NCBI GenBank assembly: GCA_045599585.1 | Contig: JAZRWH010000088.1 | Location: 11,082-75,081, forward strand | From: Myxococcota bacterium | Lineage (GTDB): Bacteria > Myxococcota_A > Bradymonadia > UBA4248 | Direction of reading: 5' to 3' | Length of the DNA: 64,000 bases | Shown: positions 41,229 to 50,895 of the stretch, piece by piece | Layout: each line of letters begins with the position of its first letter | Numbering within the stretch: position 1 is the stretch's first letter | Position numbers and translations under genes: made by a program | Notes under the pieces: model-generated | Database searches by the model: none | What the model was told of the DNA's origin: nothing | The model's input: the letters and a program-made list of their open reading frames with translations, nothing else

Positions 41229-41258
41229 AAAAACGCGGTCTGCTGAGCAGGACCGCGT
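41229..41258 (-). terminator. Probable intrinsic terminator
   Basis: A5-CGCGGTC-TGCTGAGCAG-GACCGCG, downstream of the PP2C gene. Confidence 0.6.
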
Positions 41259-41316
41259 CCATTGCGAATTGTGATATGTGTATTGAAGTGGAAAACGCTA
41301 TTCGCCTTATAAGACT

Positions 41317-43161
41317 TTAGAATTCAAAAGTACTATGAGGGAAATTTGGAGTAGCGTTAATTTCGATGCTGTCGTCGTCGTCGTCATCGTAGCTTGAAGG
41401 AGGCTTGATAGCTTCTTTAGGAGCTACGTAGCTAGCCGAACTTTTGCCATAGTTGAAGGATGGCGGTGCCGGGGGAGTAGGCGGCGCAGGTGGTTTAGCG
41501 ACTGAGGGAACGGAGCCAGCAGACGAAATACGTGAAGCCGGTTTAAGTCCTTCTGCAGAGGCGTTACGCGCGGCCAGAGCCTCGGAAGAAACGGGGTTAG
41601 GTCGAGGGACGTCATCGACGAATGGGTCACTAGGAGGGGTAAAAAGCTCATTGGGAATGATGTTGTCGATTTGCGTTTTAGGACCGGCATCGTCGTCATT
41701 CTCAAAATCTTCGTACTCCTGAATGCTTGAAGATTCTCCGTTAGCAGCGGCAGGGGGAGCTGTAAGGAGAAGTTCAGGGCTTGGAAGTGGGGTTTCAGCT
41801 TCTTTAACGGCCTGAGCGTTCACTAGGCGTGGCTGTTGCACGTCTGGCGTTGGTGGAACGTTTGCTGCGGCTCGCACCGTCGCCATGCCGATTTCGCGGA
41901 GGATTTCTTCACGCGACTGGATGCGGGTTTCGCAAGTTTCGTCATCATCATCGTCATCAAAGGCTTCTTGAGAAACGGAGGCCTCTTTAGGCTCAACGAC
42001 CTGTTCTACGATGGGTTTAGGTTTTTGTCCTGGAAGGTTAGGCATACCGCCGCGAGCTGAAGGCGGTTTCGGCATAGAGCGTTTAGCGACAGGAATCGCT
42101 TCTGTCAGGATGTACTCACGAATGGAGTGCATGCGCACGGGCTGAGCGACGGCAGGCGACATCTGTGCGGTTGGCATGGGTGCCATACCATTGCGGGGCA
42201 TTGCAGCGGGGGGCATACCCATACGGGATTTGGGTGCGGGAGCTTTACCCACAGGGACGGGGCCCATTGGGGTCGGAGCCGGAGCGGGATGTGCCATCGG
42301 CGGGTTACCAGCCTGATAAGGGGTAGGCTGAGGAGCAGCTGCGGGCATGGTTGACGTACTTACATGGCGTGGAGGTTGTGCTGTAACGCCATCTTCTTGT
42401 TCAACGCATACGGTGACGACGGTAACGTTATCTTTGCCGCCGGCTTTGAGAGCGAGGCCGATTAGAATGTTGCAAGCTTCGTCAAGAGAAGCGGCATTAG
42501 TGACGGTTTGACAGATCTGTTGATCTGAGACGAGGTCACTCAAGCCATCGGAGCACATCAAATAGACGTCGCCCTGTTCGCGTTTAAACTCACGCACATC
42601 AACTTCGACATTTTCTTTGAGACCGATGGCACGAAGGATGATGTTCTTTTTACCGTAGCTCTTAACGTCTTCGGGCTTAAGCTCGCCCGTATCCAAAAGG
42701 TGGTTAATGAGCGAGTGGTCACGGCTAACCTGCGTGATTTGGCCTTTGCGGATGCGATAGATACGCGAATCACCGACCCAAGCGATGATGATCCCCTGAG
42801 GCGCATTAAACACGGAGGTACATGTTGTTCCCATGCCTTCCATTGAGCGGTCTTTACAGCTTTGAATGTACACGCGCTCATTGGCGAACTTAATTGCGTT
42901 TGCCAATAAGTTAGCCTCGTAGCTCAGCTGAGGATTAGGCGGGTACATAAACTGGAAGCCGGGCTGTTTGGCCATTTCGCAGATAAACTGTGAAACGTGT
43001 TTAACACACAGCGTAGACGCGACTTGTCCGGAAGAATGACCGCCCATGCCGTCTGCTAAGATGTACAAGCCCTGGCTAGGGACCATACAAAAGTTGTCTT
43101 CGTTTCTTTGGCGTTTCAGCCCGACGTCTGTCTTGGCTGCACACACAAGCCTCGTAGTCAT
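41317..43161 (-). CDS. PP2C/PPM family Ser/Thr phosphatase (Stp1/IreP-like) with a long Pro-rich acidic tail
   Basis: TDVGLKRQRNEDNF, LADGMGGHSSGQVAS, GMGTT, VGDSRIY, RDHS, CSDGLSD, GGKDNVT. Confidence 0.93.
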   Translation of the reverse strand: MTTRLVCAAKTDVGLKRQRNEDNFCMVPSQGLYILADGMGGHSSGQVASTLCVKHVSQFICEMAKQPGFQFMYPPNPQLSYEANLLANAIKFANERVYIQSCKDRSMEGMGTTCTSVFNAPQGIIIAWVGDSRIYRIRKGQITQVSRDHSLINHLLDTGELKPEDVKSYGKKNIILRAIGLKENVEVDVREFKREQGDVYLMCSDGLSDLVSDQQICQTVTNAASLDEACNILIGLALKAGGKDNVTVVTVCVEQEDGVTAQPPRHVSTSTMPAAAPQPTPYQAGNPPMAHPAPAPTPMGPVPVGKAPAPKSRMGMPPAAMPRNGMAPMPTAQMSPAVAQPVRMHSIREYILTEAIPVAKRSMPKPPSARGGMPNLPGQKPKPIVEQVVEPKEASVSQEAFDDDDDDETCETRIQSREEILREIGMATVRAAANVPPTPDVQQPRLVNAQAVKEAETPLPSPELLLTAPPAAANGESSSIQEYEDFENDDDAGPKTQIDNIIPNELFTPPSDPFVDDVPRPNPVSSEALAARNASAEGLKPASRISSAGSVPSVAKPPAPPTPPAPPSFNYGKSSASYVAPKEAIKPPSSYDDDDDDSIEINATPNFPHSTFEF

Positions 43162-43271
43162 GATTATCCTCTCGACGACTCCATGTCACGATGCGTAACC
43201 GGTCGATTGTTTCTCTCTGTTCGGTAAACTGCTCTTCGACTCGCCCAATTCCACAGGGCTAAGGACCTCAA

Positions 43272-43691
43272 TTATTGTGCAAGCGTTACTTCTACCGTGT
43301 ACTCGCTCATGTAAGCTTCGCACGATATTTCCAAAAAGTAGTGGCTTTGTACGGCATCGAAAACCTGAATATTTCTCGAGCCAGGTTTAAATCTTAAGTC
43401 ATGAAGTTCTTCACCTGTTGCCTTACGAATGATGATATGTCCGCCTGCTGCGGCCTCATCAAAAGCAAATGCAACCTGAACTTTCGCAGCTGCCGGTACG
43501 GTGAAAAATTTCCAGTCCGTTTTGTCCCCGTCTATGCATGATACAAAATCAAGCACGAGATCGTTAAGCTTTATTTCGATGGCACCAAGTCGGTCCTGAT
43601 CAGGACCCGAATTGCTTTCGGGGGTCATGGAACACCCCATCATTCCCAATGCGCTTGCTAATAGGATAAGCCCCCTTCCCAGTCGTTTCAT
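43272..43691 (-). CDS. Small lipoprotein with a PPC-like beta-sandwich domain
   Basis: AGGAG RBS; MKRLGRGLILLASALGMMGC lipobox; GDKTDWKFF motif. Confidence 0.78.
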   Translation of the reverse strand: MKRLGRGLILLASALGMMGCSMTPESNSGPDQDRLGAIEIKLNDLVLDFVSCIDGDKTDWKFFTVPAAAKVQVAFAFDEAAAGGHIIIRKATGEELHDLRFKPGSRNIQVFDAVQSHYFLEISCEAYMSEYTVEVTLAQ

Positions 43692-44060
43692 AACAGCTCC
43701 TTCATCCTGATTTGGTGTGTCAAAACTTACTGAACACAACAGTACTTGTCTATTATACCCCCATTGGCTTTTTGAGGTCAAGGCAAGCCTTGTCTCCTTG
43801 TGCCTTTTCGCGTTTAGATCCATATACATTATATATGGGATATATGGGAGCACAATTTGTTCTAAAAAATTGTGTTTTAAAATTCTTGTAGTAAATTTGT
43901 GAACTGTCTGTGGCTTTAAAGGTTTGAGCTTGTGCGTAAAATAACTGCTGCTTGTGATTGTTTTGACAGACTCGATGGCCTTTTTTGGGGGCGTTCTTCA
44001 ACGTCATTCGAGAAAAAAGTGTGCTTTTTTTTCTGACGTGCATTTGTAAGCTAAAATCGG

Positions 44061-44091
44061 TTGACACGATCCAATGTCGGCGCTATACCAT
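44061..44091 (+). promoter_or_regulatory. Putative sigma70 promoter of rpsT
   Basis: TTGACA-17 bp-TATACC(AT). Confidence 0.5.
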
Positions 44092-44176
44092 ACGGCCGTT
44101 ATTGGCGCCTGTAACGCGCAGACGCACTTTCGACATGGGTATTCCGATCTTTGCCCTTTATTTGAGGAGATTCAAA

Positions 44177-44443
44177 GTGGCGCATCATAAATCAGCCATT
44201 AAACGTATTCGTCAGACGATCGACAGAACTGAACGTAACTGCTCCGGTCGCAGCGCAGTCAAAACTGCTATCCGCAAATTCCGTGAAGCTTGTGCTTCTG
44301 ATTCCATGACGGATGATCTTTCCAGCAAGACCATCAAAGTCATCAGCAAAGCCTCTTCCAAGGGACTCATCCCTGCTAAACGTGCTAGCCGCAAAATCAG
44401 CCGCCTCATGAAGGCTGCTAACCGCGCTAAAGCTAACGTCTAA
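44177..44443 (+). CDS. rpsT: 30S ribosomal protein S20
   Basis: GAGGAG RBS, GTG start; AHHKSAIKRIRQT...RN...RSAVKTAIRK...KASSKGLI..KRASRKISRL. Confidence 0.96.
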   Translation: MAHHKSAIKRIRQTIDRTERNCSGRSAVKTAIRKFREACASDSMTDDLSSKTIKVISKASSKGLIPAKRASRKISRLMKAANRAKANV

Positions 44444-44509
44444 TTTTGCTTCGCGGCCAGAAGTTCTGCCCTGTTTTCATTACAGGGTTGAATCTTCAAG
44501 CTTCTTATG

Positions 44510-44542
44510 AGACAACAGGCCTCGCCTGTTGTCTTTTTTTTT
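44510..44542 (+). terminator. Intrinsic terminator of rpsT
   Basis: AGACAACAGGC-CTC-GCCTGTTGTCT followed by a T tract. Confidence 0.85.
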
Positions 44543-44567
44543 ATGGTCCACCACGGAGGGTCCTGCT

Positions 44568-45314
44568 ATGGCTTTTATCAAACGTTTTCTTTCGGCTGCC
44601 GCTGGCGCTTGTTGCTTCTTTGCTGCTTCCGCGGCTTTTGCTGGAAACGTGGATAGTAATATTTATACCAGCAATTTAGGCTATACCGTTACTCCTCCGG
44701 CGGGTTGGGTGCGTTACGATGCTTCGACAGCTCAGGCGCTCGAAGTCGTTCCACAAAATATTAAAGATACGAACTTTACTCGCATCGATGCCGTCTTTTT
44801 CCCGCCTGTCGATGGCTATAAGCCTGATACGCTTGAGGCCGATAATAAACGACTCGAAGAACGTAAAGCCGCTGCTGCTGATGGTGAACGCCCTGCACTC
44901 GGTACTCCGGAATCTGAGGCGTATGACAAAACTCAACGCGAAGAAGCACGTGCAAATTTGCCTAAAGCTCCAAATTTCTCCGCTAATATCTCGATTATGG
45001 CTGCCAAAAAACTCCCTTCGCAGGTCAATAATGATCTCGCTGTCGCGTTTAAGGATAGACTGATCAAAGATATTAAGGAAAATGCACCCTACGCTTCGGG
45101 CTTCAAAGTTACGAAAACAACGACCGATCATAGCTCCGGAAAAGATATCTTCGTCTTTAACATGGAATATAACCTCGATGGCAGAGATGTTCTCGTCGAA
45201 CAAACTGTTCTCGTCGGTAAAGATCGCAGTCTCGTCGTCACATGCATTAGCAGTGCAAACGACTACTTAGACAAAGATTATTGTACGCGTACCGTCAAAT
45301 CGATTCGCTTCTAA
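44568..45314 (+). CDS. Secreted hypothetical protein (possible PsbP/DcrB-like fold)
   Basis: GGAGG RBS; signal peptide ending AFA; YTVTPPAGW motif. The fold is an inference. Confidence 0.75.
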   Translation: MAFIKRFLSAAAGACCFFAASAAFAGNVDSNIYTSNLGYTVTPPAGWVRYDASTAQALEVVPQNIKDTNFTRIDAVFFPPVDGYKPDTLEADNKRLEERKAAAADGERPALGTPESEAYDKTQREEARANLPKAPNFSANISIMAAKKLPSQVNNDLAVAFKDRLIKDIKENAPYASGFKVTKTTTDHSSGKDIFVFNMEYNLDGRDVLVEQTVLVGKDRSLVVTCISSANDYLDKDYCTRTVKSIRF

Positions 45315-45338
45315 ATCAGATCTCATTCCATATTCTAT

Positions 45339-45362
45339 AAGCCGCAGTTCTGCGGCTTTTTT
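45339..45362 (+). terminator. Intrinsic terminator
   Basis: AAGCCGCAG-TT-CTGCGGCTTTTTT. Confidence 0.8.
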
Positions 45363-45505
45363 CGTTCTTGAGACATCGGTTTGCTTTGCTCATTTCATCT
45401 TTAATGTTGATTTTCGTAAACAATTGTTTATGTTTCATCGTTCAAAAACATGGCGTTCACGAATTGACGATCGTTTGTTTGTGAAACGCTTAAACGCGTG
45501 ACGCA

Positions 45506-45593
45506 GAGAGGGTCGCGGCGTATTTCTGAAAAAGGCAGCTTTAGAAAAGCTGCGCTTTTGAAAGAAATAGCCGCGCAGGGGGAAACTTCCCCC
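45506..45593 (+). repeat. REP-like element copy 8 (43-nt insert, compensatory change)
   Basis: GAGAGGGTCGCGGCGTATTTCT ... AGAAATAGCCGCGCAGGGGGAAACTTCCCCC; CGCGGC/GCCGCG replaces AGCGGC/GCCGCT. Confidence 0.9.
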
Positions 45594-45648
45594 TCCACGT
45601 AAAATACATTTTAAACATACTTTTTTTGAGGATAAATTATTAAAAATT

Positions 45649-47802
45649 ATGAAAAAGCTACTTTTATTATCGTTTTCTGCTTTTCTTTGCACGAGCTGCG
45701 CATCAACACAGACTCCTGCCAACACCACGGCTGCTGCCATGCAATCACAAATCAAACTCGCTGACCACCCCGCCAATCATCCCGGAAATGACGCTGACAT
45801 GCTTTGGGGCGAATCGAATCCTGATCCCTATCGATGGCTTGAAAATGCCGATGATCCCGCCGTTAAAACTTGGGCGGCTGCTCAGGACAAACGTGCGCGC
45901 GATTACATCAATCAACTTCCGATGAGGCAGCGCTTTGTCGATCGTTTGAGCGAGTTGCTGTATGTTTCGAATATTACAACGCCGGAAGTTGCTGGCACGA
46001 ATGCCTTTTATTTTGCACGTGATGCGAAGGCTGAAAAATCTACATTGTTTGTCAAGGGCGTCGACGAGCCTACCGAGAACGCTCGCGTGCTTCTTGATCC
46101 CAACACGCTCTCTGCTGATGGTTCGATTTCAATTGGTGAGGTCTTCCCTTCACCCGACGGCACAAAACTCGCCTATACGCTTAAACAGAACAATGCAGAT
46201 ACTTCGACGTTGTACATTATGGACGTCGCTACAGGGAAAAATCTCTCCGATGTCATTGAAGGCGCGCGCTATGCCGAGCCACAGTGGCTTCCCGATGGTT
46301 CGGCCTTTTATTACACGTATTTTCCGACAGATACTTCGATTCCCGTCGATCAGCGTCCCGGTGAAACCGATATTCGCCTCCATAAAGTTGGGACGGACGC
46401 AGCTCAGGACGTGGTCCTCGTTAATCCACTCCACGACGCAACCAAATTCCATGGCGTTACGCTTTCGAAAGACGGGCAGTGGCTCACTTATCAGATTCAG
46501 GATGGCTGGAACGGAAATTCGCTCTCGATTAAGCGCATCAATGCAGACAGCTGGATTGCGCTGAACGCCGTAACCAATACGACTTATGCGCCGATTATTC
46601 ATCGCGGTGTCATGTATTTACTTACGAATGCTGATGCCCCCCACTTTAAACTCGTCAAGGTAGATCTCAATCAAGACAATGTGAATATCGAACCCGAAGC
46701 CTGGCAAAACGTTATTGCTGAATCCGATGCTGTGATTGAGAATTTTACGGTTGTTCAGGATAAGATCTTCGTCAAAACGCTCAAAGATGTCGCTGAGTAC
46801 CTCGATGTCTATGATTTGGAGGGAAATCATATTCGATCCCTCGAAATGCCAGACAAAGGTATGATCGGCGCTCTTTCGGGGGAAGGCGAAGATAAATCGG
46901 TATATTTTCTATTTTCATCGTATAGAACACCAAAAAATATTTATAGAGTTGACGTAAATTCACTTGATACTTCGTTGTGGATGGACGTTAAAACGCCTGC
47001 TGACATCGAAAATGTCGTTGTTGAGCAGCTTTTTGCGACATCCAAAGACGGCACAAAAGTGCCTTTTTGGGTTCTTCGACGCAAGGACACGCCACTCGAT
47101 GGTACAGCCAAGACCATTGTGTATGGTTACGGCGGATTTACGTATGCAGTGACGCCCTTTTTCAATCCGCATGCGTTTGCGTGGCTAGAACAAGGCGGCA
47201 TATATGTTTGGTCCAATCTGCGCGGTGGTTCTGAGTACGGCGAAGCGTGGCATCAAGACGGCATGCGGCTTAAAAAGCAAAATGTTTTCGATGATTACTA
47301 TGCGGTTGCAGAGGAACTCATCAAAAATAAATACACTTCGAGTGCGCACATTGCGGCTTACGGCGGTTCGAACGGTGGTCTTTTGGTTGGTGCTGCACTT
47401 ACGCAGCGTCCCGACCTGTATGGGGCCATCGTTTGCGCAGTTCCGCTTTTGGACATGATTCGATACCACCTGTTTGGTTCGGGCAGGACGTGGACGAGTG
47501 AGTATTCGTCGGTTGAAGAGAGCGAGGAGAATTATCGAGCGATCCGTGCATATTCGCCTTATAGCAATGTCAAGCAGGGCACGCAGTATCCGCCAGTGCT
47601 CTTTTTGGGGGCTGACAGTGATGATCGCGTAGATCCTATGCATGCGCGCAAAATGACTGCTGCGATTCAGGATGCGACAGCCAGCGATGCGCCCGTTCTG
47701 CTTCGCATCGAAAAGAATTCGGGGCATGGCGGTGCCGACATGACAGGCCAGCGCATTGCGCAGTTCGCCGATATGTTTGCGTTCCTTCAGTCCGTTCTTT
47801 AA
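45649..47802 (+). CDS. Prolyl oligopeptidase (S9A), lipoprotein
   Basis: Lipobox CTSC; DPYRWLE, SKDGTKVP, YGYGGF, GGSNGGLL, DDRVDPMH, SGHG. Confidence 0.95.
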   Translation: MKKLLLLSFSAFLCTSCASTQTPANTTAAAMQSQIKLADHPANHPGNDADMLWGESNPDPYRWLENADDPAVKTWAAAQDKRARDYINQLPMRQRFVDRLSELLYVSNITTPEVAGTNAFYFARDAKAEKSTLFVKGVDEPTENARVLLDPNTLSADGSISIGEVFPSPDGTKLAYTLKQNNADTSTLYIMDVATGKNLSDVIEGARYAEPQWLPDGSAFYYTYFPTDTSIPVDQRPGETDIRLHKVGTDAAQDVVLVNPLHDATKFHGVTLSKDGQWLTYQIQDGWNGNSLSIKRINADSWIALNAVTNTTYAPIIHRGVMYLLTNADAPHFKLVKVDLNQDNVNIEPEAWQNVIAESDAVIENFTVVQDKIFVKTLKDVAEYLDVYDLEGNHIRSLEMPDKGMIGALSGEGEDKSVYFLFSSYRTPKNIYRVDVNSLDTSLWMDVKTPADIENVVVEQLFATSKDGTKVPFWVLRRKDTPLDGTAKTIVYGYGGFTYAVTPFFNPHAFAWLEQGGIYVWSNLRGGSEYGEAWHQDGMRLKKQNVFDDYYAVAEELIKNKYTSSAHIAAYGGSNGGLLVGAALTQRPDLYGAIVCAVPLLDMIRYHLFGSGRTWTSEYSSVEESEENYRAIRAYSPYSNVKQGTQYPPVLFLGADSDDRVDPMHARKMTAAIQDATASDAPVLLRIEKNSGHGGADMTGQRIAQFADMFAFLQSVL

Positions 47803-47817
47803 TCATTCATATAAGTG

Positions 47818-47983
47818 GGGGGAAGTCTCCCCCTGAGCGTCTATCAGCTTTGCCAAGGATGCATCTTCATCGTCATTTTCGCGTTTCGGCGTTCTGTCAC
47901 GGCCCCTAGGCCGCTCCCTCCGCCTCGCGCTCGATGCCTCGAATCTGCATCACTTGTCTTCGCTGATACGCCGCTACCCCCTC
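47818..47983 (-). repeat. REP-like element copy 9 (121-nt insert)
   Basis: GGGGGAAGTCTCCCCCTGAGCGTCTAT ... ATACGCCGCTACCCCCTC; the insert is homologous to that of copy 10. Confidence 0.93.
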
Positions 47984-48052
47984 GGGTTAACTTGGTATAA
48001 TCTTAGCTGTAGCTCGAATTGATTTTGACGAATGTACAAAAGAGAATAAACA

Positions 48053-49705
48053 ATGCGAAAAAAAATACAATTTTGGATGTTATCCGTACTCTTTTGTCTG
48101 ACGTCGTTTGCTTCAGAAGTTTTTGCACAATCTTCCGTAAAAACTGCTCAATCCACAGAAAATAAAAAATCTCCCGCACAAAGTTCAAATTCAAAGCCTA
48201 AAAGACTAACAGAAGATGAAAAACAGCTGATTTATATGAAGGCTGCCGATGACGCATCGAAGGCTATTCGAGCGGGACAATACGCATCCGCGCTTGCGCG
48301 TTGTGAAGAGGCTATGCGTCTGGATCCAAAGCATGAGATTGATGATCTCACAATGCTTTGCGCGGTTTTGTATGACAAAAACAACGATAACGCATCCGCC
48401 GAGTCTCTGATTCGATTGTTACGCAAGAAACAACGTGGCCCGCAGATGGATTTTGATCTCTGTTTTACGCATGCGACATTGCTTGACAAACTTCATCGTT
48501 ATACAGATGCCATTTCGACGTATCGATCATGTGTACCCGGTAGCGACGTTGAAAAAGCAGTGGTACTTTCGAACATTGCAGAAATAGAAATGGTCATGGA
48601 AGAGCCTGACAAGGCGATACAAACGTACCAGCAGGCTCTCGAGCTCAAACCAGATAATCCTTTTGCTATTTTTGGTTTAACAGTGGCGCTTGTACGCACG
48701 GGACGATCTTTAGAGGCACACGAAGCGTTCGTGCGAGGACTACAATACGACCCGACACTTCGTTTTTTAACCTCTTCTTTTTTTGAGCCTAAGGCTGAAG
48801 CTTATTTTCACAAAGCTGTTCTATCTTTGTTTTCACATAGAATCTTTGATGCAAAATTTTATCTTGAAGCGTGTTTAAAGCACGAAGTTCGAACGAAGTA
48901 TCGGGAAATTACCAAAGCATTGCTTGCAGACGTCGAATCAGGTGTTTATTCCAAAGCTGAGTATCAAGCGTATCCTGTTGTTCTCAACGATATCACAGCC
49001 GTTGCTGTAGATGATGCTGCGCGTTTTTTAGCTTTTGCTGACAAACAGAGTCGTTCGCTATGGGTTTTGGATACAGAAACGGGGCGTTATACAGAGCGAG
49101 TGCGTGGTATTGAGGATGTTCGAGCTGTGAAGTTTATTCCGCAGACGGGTATGCTGCGCGCTGTAGGTAAGAATATGCGCGTTGAACTTGACCCTTTGGG
49201 TACGGGGTATACTTATTATGAAACGCTTCCTGACGAAGCCAAATGGTGTGGACTAACGCCTGAAGGTGACTTGTTGGGGGTGGAGAGGAGCACCGTCGTT
49301 CAAGCGCCTTTTAGAGCGCCGCTTAATACGGAATCACTCTATGCGTTTAACGCAAACGACATGGAGGGAGGGCGGCTCGTCGATGAGATATCCATTTCGG
49401 AAGATAAAAAACGGTTGTTGATAAATTTAAAGAAGCATTGCGTACAGATAGAGATTGAAAGTCAAAACGTTTTGGGAATGATAGCGTTAGGCGCAGACGT
49501 TCTGTCAATGAGTACGACGAAAGACGTTTTAGTATTGAGCTCGTCGGGTGGTGCCGTCATGTATGATCGCCAGGGTATGCCTGCTACGCTCATTGGTGAT
49601 GTGCAATATCAAGGTACTTCAGGCGGAGCGTTTTCTCCGCATGGGCGATATTTGCTCACGGTTAGCGGTACGCTTGCGGAAATATGGAAAGTTGACGAAC
49701 TTTAA
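48053..49705 (+). CDS. Secreted TPR plus beta-propeller (WD40-like) protein
   Basis: Signal peptide; TPR motif AIQTYQQALELKPDNPFAIFGL; C-terminal AFSPHGRYLLTVSGTLAEIW. Confidence 0.8.
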   Translation: MRKKIQFWMLSVLFCLTSFASEVFAQSSVKTAQSTENKKSPAQSSNSKPKRLTEDEKQLIYMKAADDASKAIRAGQYASALARCEEAMRLDPKHEIDDLTMLCAVLYDKNNDNASAESLIRLLRKKQRGPQMDFDLCFTHATLLDKLHRYTDAISTYRSCVPGSDVEKAVVLSNIAEIEMVMEEPDKAIQTYQQALELKPDNPFAIFGLTVALVRTGRSLEAHEAFVRGLQYDPTLRFLTSSFFEPKAEAYFHKAVLSLFSHRIFDAKFYLEACLKHEVRTKYREITKALLADVESGVYSKAEYQAYPVVLNDITAVAVDDAARFLAFADKQSRSLWVLDTETGRYTERVRGIEDVRAVKFIPQTGMLRAVGKNMRVELDPLGTGYTYYETLPDEAKWCGLTPEGDLLGVERSTVVQAPFRAPLNTESLYAFNANDMEGGRLVDEISISEDKKRLLINLKKHCVQIEIESQNVLGMIALGADVLSMSTTKDVLVLSSSGGAVMYDRQGMPATLIGDVQYQGTSGGAFSPHGRYLLTVSGTLAEIWKVDEL

Positions 49706-49779
49706 TGGCGATGGACTAAGATTGGTTGAATTTTCTGCACAAAATAAAGTGTAGAGGACTGCATAACGAAGGTCATATT

Positions 49780-50895
49780 ATGAAAAAATCGATTTATTTG
49801 GTTTTAGCATCATGTTTGGCGATCACGATTTTCGCAGATCACGGATCCTTTGCAGAACAGCTATCTGAGCTGCTTGTACCGTCAGCCCAAGCTCAGTCGT
49901 ATGTAATCAAAAATGACGTGCTTCGTCGTACTCAAGATGAGCAGAACACGATCGATGTCTTCAGTAAATCGGCGTCAGCGACTGTGTTTGTGATTCAAAA
50001 CCAAAAACAACGTGATTATTGGACAGCGCGTACGATGGAAGTTCCGGCCGGTTCGGGATCTGGTTTTATCTGGGATAAAGCTGGGCACATTGTAACGAAT
50101 TATCACGTCGTCAAGGATGGCTCTAGCTTTAGTGTGACGCTTTACAATCAAAAGAAGTACTCAGCTAAAGTCGTTGGTGTCGATCCCAAAAAAGACATCG
50201 CTGTGCTAAAGATTGATGCTCCTGCCTCAGAACTAACGCCGATTATCGTTCCTAAAGACGGCTATCAGCTTCAGGTGGGACAAAAGACGATTGCTATTGG
50301 TAATCCATTTGGTCTGGATCATACGCTGACGACAGGCATTGTATCGGCGCTTGAGCGAGAAATGGCTGGTATCGGTGGTGTAACCATTAAGGGGTGTATT
50401 CAGACGGATGCAGCGATCAACATGGGAAACTCTGGCGGTCCACTTTTGGACTCGGCAGGTCAGTTGATCGGCATGAATACCATGATTTTTTCGCCGTCAG
50501 GCGGAAGTGCCGGTATTGGTTTTGCCGTTCCCTATACAGCGATCAAACGTGTTGTTCCTCAAATTATAGCGACAGGTAAAGCCGAACAGGTCGGATTGGG
50601 CATTTCCATTTTGCCGGACGACATTGCCAGACAAAATGGTGTGAAAGGCGTTATTGTTCGCGATGTTGATGAATCTTCTCCGGCTGCTAAAGTTGGGATT
50701 ATGGGGATCAAACAAACGGATTCTGGCCGCTATATCAACGACATTATTGTCGGGATAGATGACACGCCTGTCGTGAATTACGACTCTCTTTATAACGCGC
50801 TCGACGGCCGAAAAGCTGGTGATAAGGTCAAAGTTACGGTCAAGCGCAAGGGTGAACTTAAAACGTTTGAAATCGAATTGGTGGTTTTGAAGTAA
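49780..50895 (+). CDS. HtrA/DegP-family trypsin-like serine protease with one PDZ domain
   Basis: GSGSGFIWD, TNYHVV, DIAVLK, IGNPFGLDHT, IQTDAAINMGNSGGPL. Confidence 0.95.
   Translation: MKKSIYLVLASCLAITIFADHGSFAEQLSELLVPSAQAQSYVIKNDVLRRTQDEQNTIDVFSKSASATVFVIQNQKQRDYWTARTMEVPAGSGSGFIWDKAGHIVTNYHVVKDGSSFSVTLYNQKKYSAKVVGVDPKKDIAVLKIDAPASELTPIIVPKDGYQLQVGQKTIAIGNPFGLDHTLTTGIVSALEREMAGIGGVTIKGCIQTDAAINMGNSGGPLLDSAGQLIGMNTMIFSPSGGSAGIGFAVPYTAIKRVVPQIIATGKAEQVGLGISILPDDIARQNGVKGVIVRDVDESSPAAKVGIMGIKQTDSGRYINDIIVGIDDTPVVNYDSLYNALDGRKAGDKVKVTVKRKGELKTFEIELVVLK

Noticed and set aside
43821-43850. ATATATGGG direct repeat in the divergent promoter region
   Set aside because: Only two short copies in AT-rich sequence; not distinguishable from chance.
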